In this document: piece after piece, positions 26,143-39,859 of the stretch
How the letters are laid out: each line of letters starts with the position of its first letter
How positions within the stretch are numbered: the stretch's first letter is position 1
DNA from: Octopus sinensis
Lineage: Eukaryota
Assembly (NCBI RefSeq): GCF_006345805.1
Contig: NC_043009.1
Location: 67,270,001-67,334,000, forward strand
Direction: 5' to 3'
DNA: 64,000 nucleotides
Program-made: the position numbers and the translations under genes
Notes under the pieces: generated by a model
Seen by the model: the letters and a program-made list of their open reading frames with translations, nothing else
Told to the model about the DNA's origin: nothing
Databases searched by the model: none

Positions 26143-27877
26143 GTAAGTTCATGCTTTTTTTTTACTTCTGTTCCATTGATTTTTTTCTTTTCAAAAATCA
26201 TTTTTGACAGATGATTTTTCACTCCTTGTTTCAAAGTAACCCAAAATAAATCTGTCACAGAATCATTTGTATTCATGCGCACACACACCAAGAAGCTTTG
26301 TGTGTGTGTGTGTACTTGTGTAAGTGTGTTTGTATTTGTGAGTTCTTAAATTCTTTGCATGAGTATATCTTCATACCATGTGTATGTGTGTGCTAGGAGA
26401 TATGGGCATGGTTTGTTTGTGGTATATATATAATATATTGGTGTGTGATGTCCGTATTTGGTGGTAAGTATATATGTATGATGTTTGCATGTTCAAGAGG
26501 TGTGTGTGTGTGTGTATTTATGTATGTATAGTTGATTAAGTTGTGTGTGTGTGTGTGTTTTTTTTATATTCATCAAATGTCACAGTGATCAATGAGGTAG
26601 ATTCTACGTGTTTACTCAGTCTGCTAGAAACAACAGCCAAATCTCTCACATACTCTACTGTCTTGAATAAAAAAGGATGGACATAATGGAAGCTGTAGTG
26701 TGTGATTAATTACATCTGCGATGGCATTGTCATGGATGGAAGGCTTTTCATCATAGATCTGCTTAATCAAGGTCAGCACCAACAACAACACCACCAACCA
26801 TGCTTACCAGTTATTAAAGAGATTTTATACACAGATCAGTCATCACATTATGCTGTGTGAGGTTACTTCACCAGCTCTTATACATCCGACGCAGGTAAAA
26901 GATAAGATTTTGATGCACCTGTCCTTGCTGGACAAACTACAGCATCATAGGCTGTTGACCATTGTTGCCTCTAGTGTCCAGTGATGAATCTAGAGCAGAT
27001 TTTTGGCAACCTGTGGCTTGCAGGCCTTTTCAATGGCATGCCTAACGAAAAGGTACCTTGAATTTGTTTAGCAGTGCAACCCACCTGGTGATGAACTATG
27101 TCTCGTGTGGTCCCCTTTTTGTAAATGGTTGCCTATGCTCAATCTAGAATATCGTGAAGTCCAGTCTGAAGAAAATTTATCCACATAGGTGCAGGGATGG
27201 CTGTGTGGTAAGTATCTTGATTACCAACCACATGGTTCCAGGTTCAGTCCCACTGTGTGACACCTTGGGCAAATGTCTTCTACTATAGCCTTGGCCCAAC
27301 CAAAGCCTTGTGATTGGAATAGGTAGACAGAAACTGAAAGAAGCCTGTCATGTGTGTGTGTATATGTTTGTGTGTCTGTGTTTGTCCCTCCAACATCGCT
27401 TGACAACCGATGCTAGTGTGTTTACATCCCTATCACTTAGTACTTCAGCAAGAGAGACTGATAGAATAAGTACTAGGCTTACAAAGAATAAGTCCTGGGG
27501 TTGATTTGCTCGACCAAAGGCATTGCTCCAGCATGGCTGCAGTCAAATGACTGAAACAAGTAAAAGAATCAATTAGTCCACCCCCTTGCACTTTTGCATA
27601 ATGGGCAGTAATTGTTCGGTGTTGAGAACCTGTTGCACTCTCCATGTATGTTCTCTCAGGATTTCCTGAAACTGTTGGTACCATGTGGACACTCAGTCTT
27701 CCCCATCAGTTTCGTCCCGTGTGTGTGTGTGTCAGGGGTGTCGATCTTGATGCTGTTTCTGCACATTGATGATCTGACCGAAGTAGTCTGTGACCAGCCA
27801 GTTGCATTCTTCCTTTGCTTTATTCTCGTTGCCATTGTCGTTGTTGTTGTCATTATTGTTGTTGTCTGTTGTTGCAG

Positions 27878-27981
27878 AGCAAGAAAGACCAGTGCTGTAT
27901 ATGGATGTTTAGTGATCTGATCATAATCAGCAGCACCAAGAGGAAGAACGGACCTGTGACCAAGAAAGTCTCCATCATTCT
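27878..27981 (+). CDS. ARHGEF17: exon 5 (PH), SKKDQCCIWMFSDLIIISSTKRKNGPVTKKVSII
   Basis: ttgcag / CT|gtaagt, 104 nt, phase 0-2. PH motif F(S/T)DLI. Confidence 0.9.
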
Positions 27982-28247
27982 GTAAGTCTTTGTTTACTCT
28001 TGATAATGGTCATCGTCTTCGTTACTAGGGCCACCACTGTCATCACTCATCATGACCACCACTCCTCAGCACTCTTCATAACCACCTCCTCCTCCTTCTC
28101 CATCACCAACATCACCATCATCGTAACCAATACCACCTCTAATGTCCCCACTCCTATTAGCAAAACCGTTATCATCATCATCACCATCAACAACAACTGT
28201 GGAATCTGGCTGTGTGTGTGAGACACCATATCTGCAATTTCTCTCTC

Positions 28248-28280
<33 letters not shown>

Positions 28281-28994
28281 GCGTCATCATCATCGTTTAA
28301 TGTCCGTTTTCCATGCTGGCATGAGTTCGATGGTTCAACTGGAGTCTGGGAAGCCAGGAGGCTGCACCAGGCTCCTATCTGATCTGACAGTGTTTCTACA
28401 GCTGGATGCCCTTCCTAATGCCAACCACTCCAAGAGTGTAGTGGGTGCTTTTTTACGTGCAGGGGCCAGATATGTAATTGTATATATGTATATACACACA
28501 TACATAGATATATACATACACACACACACACACATACATACATACATACATACAGGTGCAGGCATTGCTTTGTTGTTAAGAAGTTTGCTTCCCAACCACG
28601 GGGTTTTAGATTCAGTTCCATAGCATGGCACGTCTTCTGCTAGCCCCAGGCTGACCAAAGCCCAGGTTGACCAAAGCCTTGTAAGTGAATTTGGTAGATG
28701 GAAACGATATATATATACATGTGTATGTATGTGTGTGTGTGTGTGTGTGATCTGCAAAAAAAACATGTCTGGCCTTGGAGGAATATGACTTAGTATGGAG
28801 ATGGGTGAGGGTTGGCACAGGAACGGCTTTAAAAAAAAAATCTGCCTCTACAAAAGCAGTGTTGGTTTTCTCTCTCTTCGATGAATGATGTTTCCATATT
28901 GGTTTTCATTATTATATTATTTAATTGAAGATACCTTTTATAGTGTTTTTCCAATTTTATTAATTTCTGTTTTTGTTCATTCTTAATTTTGCAG

Positions 28995-29083
28995 ACAATC
29001 ACCAACAGGTCAAGATTTTGCTGAGAATATAAAACACAAGATTTGCTTAAGAGTTGGACTTGATGATATTGAGGTTTTGAAAG
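28995..29083 (+). CDS. ARHGEF17: exon 6 (PH), (L)QSPTGQDFAENIKHKICLRVGLDDIEVLK
   Basis: ttgcag / AAG|gtgagg, 89 nt, phase 2-1. Frame continuous with neighbouring exons. Confidence 0.88.
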
Positions 29084-29269
29084 GTGAGGGAGAGCATTTC
29101 CTTTTGGTAACCCTTTTGGTAATCACTGGTGCTTATTACTGAAATACTTTAAAGTGGTCAATCCTGGCCACTGGACAGTTGGTGTTATGCCTTTGTGATT
29201 CATTAAATAGACTCGTTTTATTCTACAAGCTTTGGAAGAGGCAACAGAGAAAATACTAAATTCTCATGC

Positions 29270-29440
29270 TCTCTTCCCTTCCTTTCTCTCTCTTCCCTTT
29301 GCCCCTCCTCTCCTTTCTCTCCCTTCTCCTCCTCCTCCTCCCTTTCTCCTCTTCTCTCTTTCTCCTCCCCTTCACTCTTTCTCTTCCTCCACTTTTCCCT
29401 TTTTCTCTTCCTTTATCTCCTCTTCTCCCTTTCTCTTTCA
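29270..29440. repeat. polypyrimidine (CT-rich) tract
   Basis: About 170 nt almost entirely C/T. Confidence 0.9.
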
Positions 29441-29457
29441 CACACACACACACATGC

Positions 29458-29496
<39 letters not shown>

Positions 29497-32400
29497 AAAT
29501 CCAGTATGCCATAGAAGAGGATAGTAACATTAACAGAACATTAAATATTAAAAAAAAAGTCTAGCAATACAACAATACAAAAGCTACTGAAATGTTCCCT
29601 AGAAATATTAAGTCTTTCATATTTCTGATTAAGGACTGATTCACAAAGGCATTAAGGGATCAAGGTAGATAGATAAAGAGAGAGAGAGGGTGGTGTGTTT
29701 TAAAAGGGACACACAGCGAGGGACATCTGGCTGACCTGTGAACTTCTCAGCCAGTTGAAAAGTTCTTCACAAAAGTGGGATAGCATGCTGTCAACTTAAT
29801 GTGACAGTCCCATGAAAGGGAAGAATGCTACTGTTATTTAGCCCTAGGAAACACCGTTTCCTGTTGGACTGGGCGCATTTCCTGTGTCCTTATGTTTTCA
29901 AAGGGGAGATAAGCACCTCCACCCAGCAAAGCCAGCACCCAGAGACTAGTTTCTGAGTCATTGCTCATCATCAGTCCGGAGTAGCATGGTTTGCTAGCTG
30001 TCGATGCCTGTCCGCCTTTGAAAACATATTTCGAGTGAAATACATTCACTGATTTTTGAAAATAGAAATAGTATATTTCTAAATCTCTCAGAGGTGCTTG
30101 TCTCCACTTTGAAAACGGTGTTTCCTAGGGCTAAATAACAGTAGCATTCTTCCCTTTCATGGGACTGCGACATTAAGTTGACAACATACCATCACTTTAT
30201 CGTGCTGCTACTGCATAAATCTCTCTGAGAGATTTAGAAATATATTATTTCTATTTTCAAAAGTGGGATAAGTTAGAGTTGAATTTAGAATTAGCAGAAA
30301 CTGCTGTGGTGTAGGTTATTTGTTGCTGTGTAGAAGAGAAAAGATCTAAAGTTTTGGAGAAGTCCAAATTCTATCACCAGCACAGTACTTTGTCTCTGAC
30401 AAAGACATTTAAAAATTTTTTCAATCTTTGATTCAATATACCTTCTTTTAAGTGGGAACTACAGGTGAGTTACATCTCGTCATTGTTAACAGGTAAGATT
30501 GGTAATGGCTTTATTAAGTTTCACTTGTTGGTCCAGATTCTCCTCAGAGGAAACTGCATACAATAAAAGGATGTTTCTCATGTCTTCTCTTGGGATTATG
30601 ATGACAACAATTAATCCATTTATGTTAATCCATGTAATGCCAATCTGTCTTAGACCAACTTTACTTCTATAATACAATCTTCCTGTTTTAAAGTAAACTA
30701 AAGTAAAACCTTGCATCAAAATTTCATATCAGTTCATGGACAAAATCATTTTATTTAAATTCTTAATTACTTGCAAAATTAATTGAAATGAAATCAAGGT
30801 ATTTCAAAAGAAATATGGTAATGAAAGGGTTGAAGGGCAGTGAACTGGTAAAATGCTTAGCAGCATTTCATCCATTCTGGATTCAAATTCTGCAAAGGTT
30901 GACTTTGCCTTTTGCCCTTTCAGGGTTGATAGAATAAGTACCAGTAAATGACTGGTACCAAGTTGTAGTTGCCTGTTTTTTTTCCTTGGATATCATCAGT
31001 GATGTGGGAAGAGGAGACTTGCATGCACAACCAACTGTTGGTCTTCTAGAAAGAAAAAAAACAGAAATTTTTGCAAGATCCTCTTCCTTGGAACAGATTC
31101 AGAAACCAACAATCAGCCATATCTGAAAGATATCCTATATTCATGAATAATGTTTTTTCTTTTAATGTTTGCCTGAAGAAAAATGGTTTGCAGTGGAAAA
31201 CAGTTGTGTATACAGGAAGTTTTCTCAAGACGAATACTGCAGTTTTGTGGCTTTCTTCAGTATATCCCTGTTAAATGAGATATAAAGAATGCTATTCCAA
31301 ACTAATACTGCTTCCATCTCTAATAATGAATTTTTACTCAGCCTACCAACTATCTGTGACACCAGTGATTTGTTAATCGGTTTTTCTATATAAATAGATA
31401 TGGTAGGAGTAAATTTGTCTGAGCATGCAGTTGTTAGTGAATACTTGTTGTTGACGATGTGCAAAGACACAGAAATCCAGTTTTAAAAATTCCTTCACCA
31501 CTGCTTGTCACTTTTCCTCTGCTACTGATACACTTCTGTGCTTTTTAGCACTACATGTCCATATGAGATGCTTGCTTGCGGCGAATGCTGCAGTTTTGTG
31601 GCTTTTGATGATAGTATGTCCACATTAAGTAGGATATCATGTGATTGACCAGACTCTCAGATATCCAACATTTCCCATGATGGGAAGGATATTTCGGTGC
31701 AGGGTGACCCCTTTACAGCTAAGTGGACTGGAGTAAAGTGAAATGAAGTGTAGTTCCATCCAGGAATTGAACCTACAATTGCTACATTGTGAGTGCAACG
31801 CTCTAACCATTTGGCCACATGCCTTCACAAGTAGGATATATACTGAATATAGAATATATTGTAACACTCAAGTATACAATAAAATGCCTGCACTGGATTT
31901 GAACTCGAGATCTGTGAGATGGCAGTCTAGACAACTATATTGCTTTTACTCGCTGTGAATTGTAACTAAGGATTTTACAGGTGAGTATATCACCAGGTGT
32001 GTCAAATATTTTATAGGCTTTACTAAAAATTTCAGAGAGATGAAGGTCAGGTGAGTCTAAAATTCTCTCAGGTATGTCAAGGTGCTTTAAGTAATCATAA
32101 GAATGTATGTGTGTGTGTGTGTGTGCATCAGGTGTGTTTGAAGTAGCCATGTCTGTAATATACATTGTGCTCTGCCTGTTCTGTTGGACTGTCACTTGTT
32201 TTCTCATCATCATCATCATTATCATCATCACCACCATCATCCTTAGACCATCAACAGTAGCAGCACCAGCATCATCATCACTATCACCATTATTTCCATC
32301 CTCAAAACCATCATCACCATCACTATTGCAATCATTAACACCTTCACCATATTGTCATCACCACCGCAGGGCAATGGCTAAGGTAGTAGTAGAGTGTCAC

Positions 32401-32852
32401 ACCAAATGATTTTCTGAATTGAAATCCTCCAAGGATCAACTTTGTCTGTCTTCCTTTTAAGGTTGATGAATGAAGCACTCGTTAATTACTGATGGTGGTG
32501 GTGGGGGTTCATTCCACTCTCCTACTCCTCTCCCCCTACACTTTTCTGTTCAAGTGCCTAATGTTAGAAGTTATTACACTCACCAGTGTGCTACCATTAT
32601 GTCATCATCCTCATCACCACCATCATTATCATCAATCATCATCACTATCATCACCACCACCACCACCGCCATCATCACTATCGTCATCACCACCATCATC
32701 ATCAACCACCACTGCTATCATCACTATCATCATCATCCTCCTCTATGTTGATGGTGCTGCTGCCTGTGTCATCCTGAGATTTAATATCTGTAATATTTAT
32801 CATCTGACATTTCACCTTTTGTCTGTCTGTCTGTCTGTTGCCGTTTCCAAAG

Positions 32853-32965
32853 ACCCCAGTTCATTGTCCCAACGATCAACAATAGAAAGAGAACAAATTG
32901 AGGACGACATGCATTTGTTGAACCAAATCTCAGATATTTCAAGTCGACTGAACTGTTCTAAACAG
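32853..32965 (+). CDS. ARHGEF17: exon 7, (D)PSSLSQRSTIEREQIEDDMHLLNQISDISSRLNCSKQ
   Basis: tttccaaag acceptor (AAG), CAG|gtaagg, 113 nt, phase 1-0. The frame closes only with the AAG acceptor. Confidence 0.85.
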
Positions 32966-33249
32966 GTAAGGCTACACCTTTTTTTATTTATTTATTTATT
33001 ATACCCCTGCCGTCTCTCCTTGTTATATTATTTCATCTACCTGTCTGTAACAGGTGTAGTAAGATCTTTCTAGAAAGTAGAAGTAGCTAATTTCTGATTG
33101 AATCATTTCACTCAGTTTGCACCTCAGTTTTTTTTCTTTTTTCATCTCTAACTGAAATAGTGTTGATTAACCTCACATGCTCTGTTCTCTCCATGTTATC
33201 CGAATGTGGCAAAAACCATCATACAAAAGACCCAGTCTTCAACAATAAG

Positions 33250-33560
33250 GCAATAATCTATTTTGAATGAAAATTCTATTATGACCCATTTTACATCTTT
33301 GTTCTTGATCCACTTCTCATAATCTCACACTCTGTGGATGCTTCCAGTCATTGCTTTCGCCGACTCCTGTCATCTTCTCACCACAGAGAGGACAGCAATT
33401 TTTTTGGTAATGTCCAGTTACCAAATTTGGTACTCTTGAGCCAAATTGAATAAAAGCAACACAATAGTCGTAAGCAAGGTTAGAATTTGCAAGCTTTAAA
33501 CCTGTAAAGTATCTGACTGACCTCCTTAAGTTCACAGCCCTAATGTTGCTTATGGAAATG
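33250..33560 (-). mobile_element. old LINE (L2/Crack-like) 3' zinc-knuckle remnant
   Basis: GSRVPNLVTGHYQKNCCPLCGEKMTG resembles the L..ETGR....R.C..C C-terminus. Confidence 0.4.
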
Positions 33561-33717
33561 CTTATGAAAGTTCAGCTATTTCATCAATGAATGGTCCATA
33601 TTATTGGGACAGTAAAAGACCCACAAGGAAACTACAGTTGTCATTCTGGTGAGAAAATTCCTATGTAAGCGTTTGGTAAAGAGCAAAGGCTGCTACCTTA
33701 AACTTATCAAAGTAAAA

Positions 33718-34035
33718 CACTGGTTCTCAACCCCTTTTTTTTCCTTTTTACCTGTGGATCCTTTTGGTTCCTGTTCTACTCTGCTGGACCCCTAGTGTCA
33801 TTTGATCTTTTAAAAAATTCCATTATATTTTTATAATTAAGTGTTATTGGAAATTGTATAAAAAAATATTTTAAATGCAGGTGTGGCTGTGTGGTAAGAA
33901 GCTTGCTTCCAAACCACAGGGTTCTGGGTTCAGTTCCACTGCATGGCACCCTGGGTAAGGGGCTTCTACTATAGCCTCATGCTGACCAAAGCCTTGTGTG
34001 CGGATTTGGTAGATGGAAACTGAAAGAAGCCCATC

Positions 34036-34073
<38 letters not shown>

Positions 34074-34407
34074 ATGCATGTATGTATTCGTGTGTCTGTG
34101 TTTGTCCCCCTACCATTGCTTGACAACCAAAGTTGGTGTGTTTATATCCCCGTAATTTAGCAGTTCAACAAAAGAAACCAATAGAGTAAGTACTAGGCTT
34201 ACAAAGAATAAGTCCTGGGGTCGATTTGTTTGACTAAAGGCAGTGCTCCAGCATGGCCACAGCCAAATGACTGAGACAAGGAAAAGAGTAAAAGAATGAA
34301 TATTTTGTGTATTGTAGGAATATAACCGATTTATTGCAGATAAACTTTAGCAAGAAAATCATAAATGATTCTTCAAGGGCCATAGAGGCCCTGGTCGAGA
34401 AGCACTG
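33718..34407. mobile_element. hAT-type MITE with a nested family A SINE (33878-34296)
   Basis: TIRs CACTGGTTCTCAACC / GGTCGAGAAGCACTG. Decayed 8-bp TSD aagtaaaa / atgtaaag. Confidence 0.65.
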
Positions 34408-35604
34408 ATGTAAAGTGTTTGAAAGGGATCTGTGGTGTGGGTATTAGGCTGATGAGCTTGTGAGAGTTGAAGACAGACAAATATGTAGACAGAAAGAAAG
34501 AAAGCTAGGCAGGCAGCTAGGAAGAGATGAATAAACTATTATGTGTAAATATACTTAGTGTTGTTGTGAAGATTATTTAGGGATAAAACCCTTGTTAATT
34601 AAACTGTGGAATCCTTTGATTTTCTTCAGGTTTGGTAGGTGTATGTCACGTACTCTCTACTTCAAATCCCAAAGAATCCACACAGTGAGACCACGTGTTT
34701 ACATAGACTTAACAAATTACACTCCAAATATTTTTGTGGTGAAAATTTATGATTGGTCCAGGTCAGTTGTAGCAGAGGAGGAAGGAGATACAGAAAGAAG
34801 AGGATGGTGGAAGAAAGAGAGAGAGAGAGAGAGAGAGAGCACGGTTTCACTTAGAAGGAATAAAAAATAGCTGAGTGCAAATATGTTCAGTATCTGACTC
34901 TTTTGGGTTCAAATCCTGCATGGAAAGTTCTCTGTATTTCATTGTTTTGGAGTCGATGTAATTGACTTAATCTCTTTGTCTGTCCTTGTTTGTCCACTCT
35001 ATGTTTATTCCCTTGTGGTTTGTAAAGAAATAGGTATTTCATCTGTCTTTACGTTCTGAGTAGAAAAGAATATTTCATCTTTCAAAGGCAGGGGCTGGCA
35101 GAAACGTTAGCATGCCGGGCGAAATGCTTAGCGGTATTTCGTCTGTCTTTACGTTCTGGGTTCAAATTCTGCTGAGGTCAACTTTGCCTTTCATCCTTTC
35201 AGGGTCAATAAATTAAGTACCAGTTGCATACTGGGGTCGATCTAATTGACTGGCCCCCTCCCCCAAAATTTCGGGCCTTGTGCCTAGAGTAGAAAAGAAT
35301 GATAGAAATAGTGTGTTGGTCTGCATTACATAGGGTTTCACTGGTCTCGGCTCAAATTTTACTGATGAGTTCATTTGGAGTGTCATCTTTCTCTCCTGTG
35401 TCAAGTAAACAAAGTTCAGTTCTGGTTGAATGGTTTAAACATTTCCTCTGCGACCATTTCGTTCTGGGTGCGGTCACCTGTGACACTTTGGGCAAGTGTC
35501 TTTTGTTACAGCCTCAACACATTGGCCAAAATCTCAAGAGTAAATGGAATTTGTTAATTGGCAAAGTGTAGAAACCCATCATGGATGCTTCGTACGTATG
35601 TATG

Positions 35605-35910
35605 GGGTGACGGCTTGTGGCTTAGTGGTTAGGCTATTCGGCTCACAAGTGTAGGATCGTGAGTTCGATACCTGGCAGCACATTGCATCCTTAAGCAAGA
35701 TTCTCTATTTCACGTTGTTTCAGTCCATTCAGCTGGCAAAAATGATTTGTACCTGTAATTCAATGGGTCAGCCTTGTCATATTCTATGTCATGTTGAATT
35801 TCCCTGAGAACTATGTTAAGTGCATGCGTGTCTGTGGAGTACTCAGCCACTTGTATGTTAATTTCATGAGCAGACTATTCCATTGATTGGATCAACTGGA
35901 ACCCTCATCA
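35605..35910 (+). mobile_element. tRNA-headed SINE (family E)
   Basis: gtggcttagtggttagg...gagttcgatacc head (A/B boxes). Confidence 0.7.
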
Positions 35911-36601
35911 CCGTAACCAACAGTGACAGTTTTTTTTTTTTTATATCTGTGTTTGTGTGTTTTGCTGATGTTTGTCAATGAAGGATGTAAGTATTGGTGA
36001 GATAAAAAAAAAGCCAATAAACTGGTACTTTGGCACCAAAATAACCTGTGGTAGCCACTCATCCAAAAGTGGCCATACAATTAGCCAGTGACTTTCACAT
36101 TGAAAACGTCCGTCTAATGAGTCTGTGGTTCATAAAATGTGATCTAAAATTAATACAAATAATATAAAGTGAAACAGTCCAGTGGATTATTTCATTTTCT
36201 CCCTAAAACATTGACTCTTTTTTATACCTTGTTTGCTTGAAAGAAATCACCACTGCCAAATTGAAAATCATTTTGATAAACTTGACTGCGACAGGTAACA
36301 TATGGATCACAAGTTGAACTCCTGATTCTAGCATTTTCCAGAAGAGAGAAAAATTTATGTTTGTCTAAAACTTAACTTCTAATTAAGCCTCTTAATGCTA
36401 GTTTGTCTCTAACTACTGCCAGTTCTTTACCCATATTTTAAAACAAGAAACCTCCCATTCTAATTCTACGCAAACACCTTTCTGTTTAGTTGTGTTGTTC
36501 CAAATTAACTTCCATCCTCATCATCCTCATCACCACCACCATTGCCATCATCCTGGTTTCGTCTGTCATGGTTGAAACTTGGTATTTTCTGTGTCTTTCA
36601 G

Positions 36602-36717
36602 AATCTAGATGAAACCATCAAAGAGATTGCCTCCAATTTAACCAAACAGCTCAGCGACTACCAGAACCGAATCCATTCAGCTGATGCCAATAAGTTAGAA
36701 CTACAGATCACTACACA
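36602..36717 (+). CDS. ARHGEF17: exon 8, NLDETIKEIASNLTKQLSDYQNRIHSADANKLELQITT
   Basis: tttcag / CA|gtaagt, 116 nt, phase 0-2. Confidence 0.9.
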
Positions 36718-37074
36718 GTAAGTATGCACTTGCCCTTCAGTCAAACACTTGAGATCCACATCAAAGACATTCCAACCATGAACATCCTGCCTTTTATTTA
36801 GACATAGTGTATCTAGGATACCATTATCCAGAGTGTCTTTTTCAAGGCTGTAGGGTGTGGTTTGAGGGAAATTTATTTATAATGATGACATCAACAGCCA
36901 TTTGGCACAAGAAAAAATAATGGCACATCCACACCTGTAAATGATGGGAATATCTGGAAGCCTAACATTTCTTTGGTGGAAGTCATCTCTGGACTCTTCC
37001 CCTCACTGTTGTGTTTTTAGCTGTACTCTTTATTCTTGGTTTCTCATTGTTTTTATGTTATTCTTTATCCACAG

Positions 37075-37166
37075 AGAAAAGGTTTTTAATTTGATTGTGG
37101 TTTTCTTGACGCCAGAAAAACGACTGTCTTGGGAAACGGTGTTTTTGGATGCCAAACACAAACTAT
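37075..37166 (+). CDS. ARHGEF17: exon 9, (Q)EKVFNLIVVFLTPEKRLSWETVFLDAKHKL
   Basis: ccacag / T|gtaagt, 92 nt, phase 2-1. PH C-terminal helix-like sequence. Confidence 0.9.
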
Positions 37167-39224
37167 GTAAGTCTGTTGACAAAATTTCTCTCTTACACAC
37201 ACACACATGCAAGTAGACATACAAGCAACGTATATACAATTACACTTTTGCATCTATTCACACATGCATTTCATTAATCTTCAAGATTCTAGTTCCTTCT
37301 CCTTAGTCAAAAACCTACTCTTTTCCAATTTTAACAAATTCTTACTAATATTTTAGTGCAAAAGCAAATGAGATGTTGTGATACTCATGCTTTTCTCGTG
37401 GGTATCAGTTGGTATTCGTAGCAGCAGATGAGGTGAGCTGGCTTCAAATCTTAGACTTGGAAGTGCCATGTTGTCTTGGATTATTTGTTGCTCACCTTCA
37501 GTTTCTTTTACTGAAAATTATTGCATAAAGGAACATGAAAATGGGAGTCTGAAGAGGAGGAGGAAAATATCAGCTGTGTAAAATTAATTTTATTCTACAA
37601 TAAAAGGCATTTGGCTGCTTTTTCTTGTAAGGTTAATCAACTTTATATGCTGCTTGGCTGTCTTACGATGACAGTGTTACTAATACATTATCGTTAGCTT
37701 CAGATCAACCCTGATTGTGCAGTCTTGGGATCAGGAGTGTTCCAGCCATGACCATCACATCATATACTGTCCACCATATCGTTTCTTTTATAAGAGAGTA
37801 GGGTGTAATTTAAGGGAATTTGGCCGGATGGACATCTGCATTAAGATTCCCTGATGTTGTCAGTGATGATGGTGATATTGATGATGATAATGTACGGTGG
37901 TGGTGGTAATGTATGATGGTACTTGTGATGATGTTGATGATTGATGAGGATGTTGACAATGGTAAATAACGATGATGATGATGATGTGGATGGTAACGCC
38001 AACGGTAACTTAGGATGGTGATAATGAGGTTGAACAATCATAGTAATTATTGGTAATAGTGTTGATGATGATGAGGATAATAGAGATGCTAACTCTTCAT
38101 GAAGAATTATATTAAAAAAATTCCTTTTTATATTTCACACACACATTTTGTTAAATATTAATAAAAATACACATAGACTCATATTTTGAGTTCTATCTTA
38201 CCTCTTTGCATCACCACACCTGCATATTTATATATATATATATCCAAAATAAGAAACAAGGATGTCCAAGGTAGTGTAGTACAATTGTTCCATGCTACTT
38301 CATTTTATTAAACACTGTAAGTATTGCATCAGTTTTAAAATGTCGAGCAATCTTCAGCCACATATAGAATTTTTTTAATTAAATGGACAATGCACATTCT
38401 TATACTTATTTCATTTGCCAACATCACAAAGAGGGTAGATATATAGACAGAGAGGTTAATTTCATCATCAAGAACATGGTGGTTGTATGTACTCCACTGT
38501 AGATTTTTTATCACTGAGTTCACTTTGTTATTTAGATCTATCAGCGGACCATACAAAATTCTGGTGCCTTTAACTTAAGTACCATATTCATGTGAATCTA
38601 AATTTTGCTGAACTTATATATATATATATATATAGATATATATACGGGTGTGTGTGATTGTGTATAGAAGAATATATTAATAAAAGGAATTCCAACCTTG
38701 TCTGGTTTTCATGTTTTATTTACAATCTTATAATGATATAATATAAGATAAAATAATAGAATAAAATAAAATAGTAGAACGTTAGATGTTCATTCTGATT
38801 GAACTAGTACTTTCATGCATTAAATTCTGCAATCTTCAGGTTCATGTAGTAGTGGTGACAGTCATGCTTCACAATTTTTTACTGTAGCAAGATGGTTAAA
38901 TCTGTGCCTTAAATACACCTGTGTGGGCTCCAGATTGCTAGGTTTTGCAAACTGTATTCTGACCAATCAGTGTGTAGCATCATTCAATTACTTAAGCTGA
39001 TTGGTTGGTTTAGGCGTCACGCTTTGTTGAACATGTCAAGAGTCCTGTATCTTAACCTTGGCCGAGGCAGCAATTGTTGGGCTATTTATATATATATATA
39101 TATTTATCTGTATTTGTGGCAGTTCTTTATTTTTGTTTGTTGTTGATTTTTTTAAATATTTCTTTTTAATGTTTTATATTAATTTTGTAATTGTATTATT
39201 TTTGTATATTTCTTTCCTCTGCAG

Positions 39225-39298
39225 CTTTGCTATCAGATAAGCGAGCACCAGAGTTCTTGCTTCCGTTACAAATCACCAAAACTAGGGCTGGAATGCAG
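39225..39298 (+). CDS. ARHGEF17: exon 10, (S)LLSDKRAPEFLLPLQITKTRAGMQ
   Basis: ctgcag / CAG|gtgagt, 74 nt, phase 1-0. PEFL..I.KTRxGMQ is typical of ARHGEF17. Confidence 0.93.
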
Positions 39299-39496
39299 GT
39301 GAGTTCCTTAAACTCTAATAACCTCTTTCTGCTCTTAATCTCTTCTTCTTTGCTCAGAACAGTTGACACCTCCCACTTGCAAGATTAACGTATAAAACAA
39401 ATAATTTTTACTTTTTCCATCTCCAATTCCTAATTTCATCTTGGAGGGAAGGGTACAAGGAGTGAAAGTGTAACCAACCAAGAGAAGGGTCTAGTC

Positions 39497-39770
39497 TAGT
39501 TGTTTTCTACTAAGGTCCAGTCCATATGATCCTTGTGGGGTCCACATAAGATTCTGTTGTTAAATTTTATGTACAATAATATACTGGACATATTTTTATA
39601 ATTTATAAAATATCATTTTAACAAATTTTTTTAATACACTTCCTAATAATATCTAATCAGAAAAATATAATGGAATTTCTTTAAACATCAAATGGTTATA
39701 AGGGTCCTCCTGAGTAAAATAGGGATCAGAAGTGTTCTGTAGGTAAAAAAAAAATGGTTGAGAACCATTG
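39497..39770. mobile_element. hAT (Charlie-like) MITE
   Basis: Right TIR GGTTGAGAACCATTG, decayed left TIR, perfect 8-bp TSD GTCTAGTC at 39489-39496 and 39771-39778. Confidence 0.75.
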
Positions 39771-39859
39771 GTCTAGTCAATAGGGAAATGAAAACATTGA
39801 CAAGATTGTGGTGCAAGCAAATCCAAAGGGCCAGTCTTCAGTGAGGTGACGATGTGACG

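Noticed and set aside
30335-30463. Possible extra exon ending CAG|gtgagt in intron 6
   Set aside because: In-frame TGA in the required phase and a weak acceptor.
30486-30719. Minus ORF with TWININGL (LINE endonuclease-like)
   Set aside because: Single short motif with no colinear support.
38335-38556. Minus ORF with coding-like composition
   Set aside because: Probably an old TE fragment, but I could not assign any motif.
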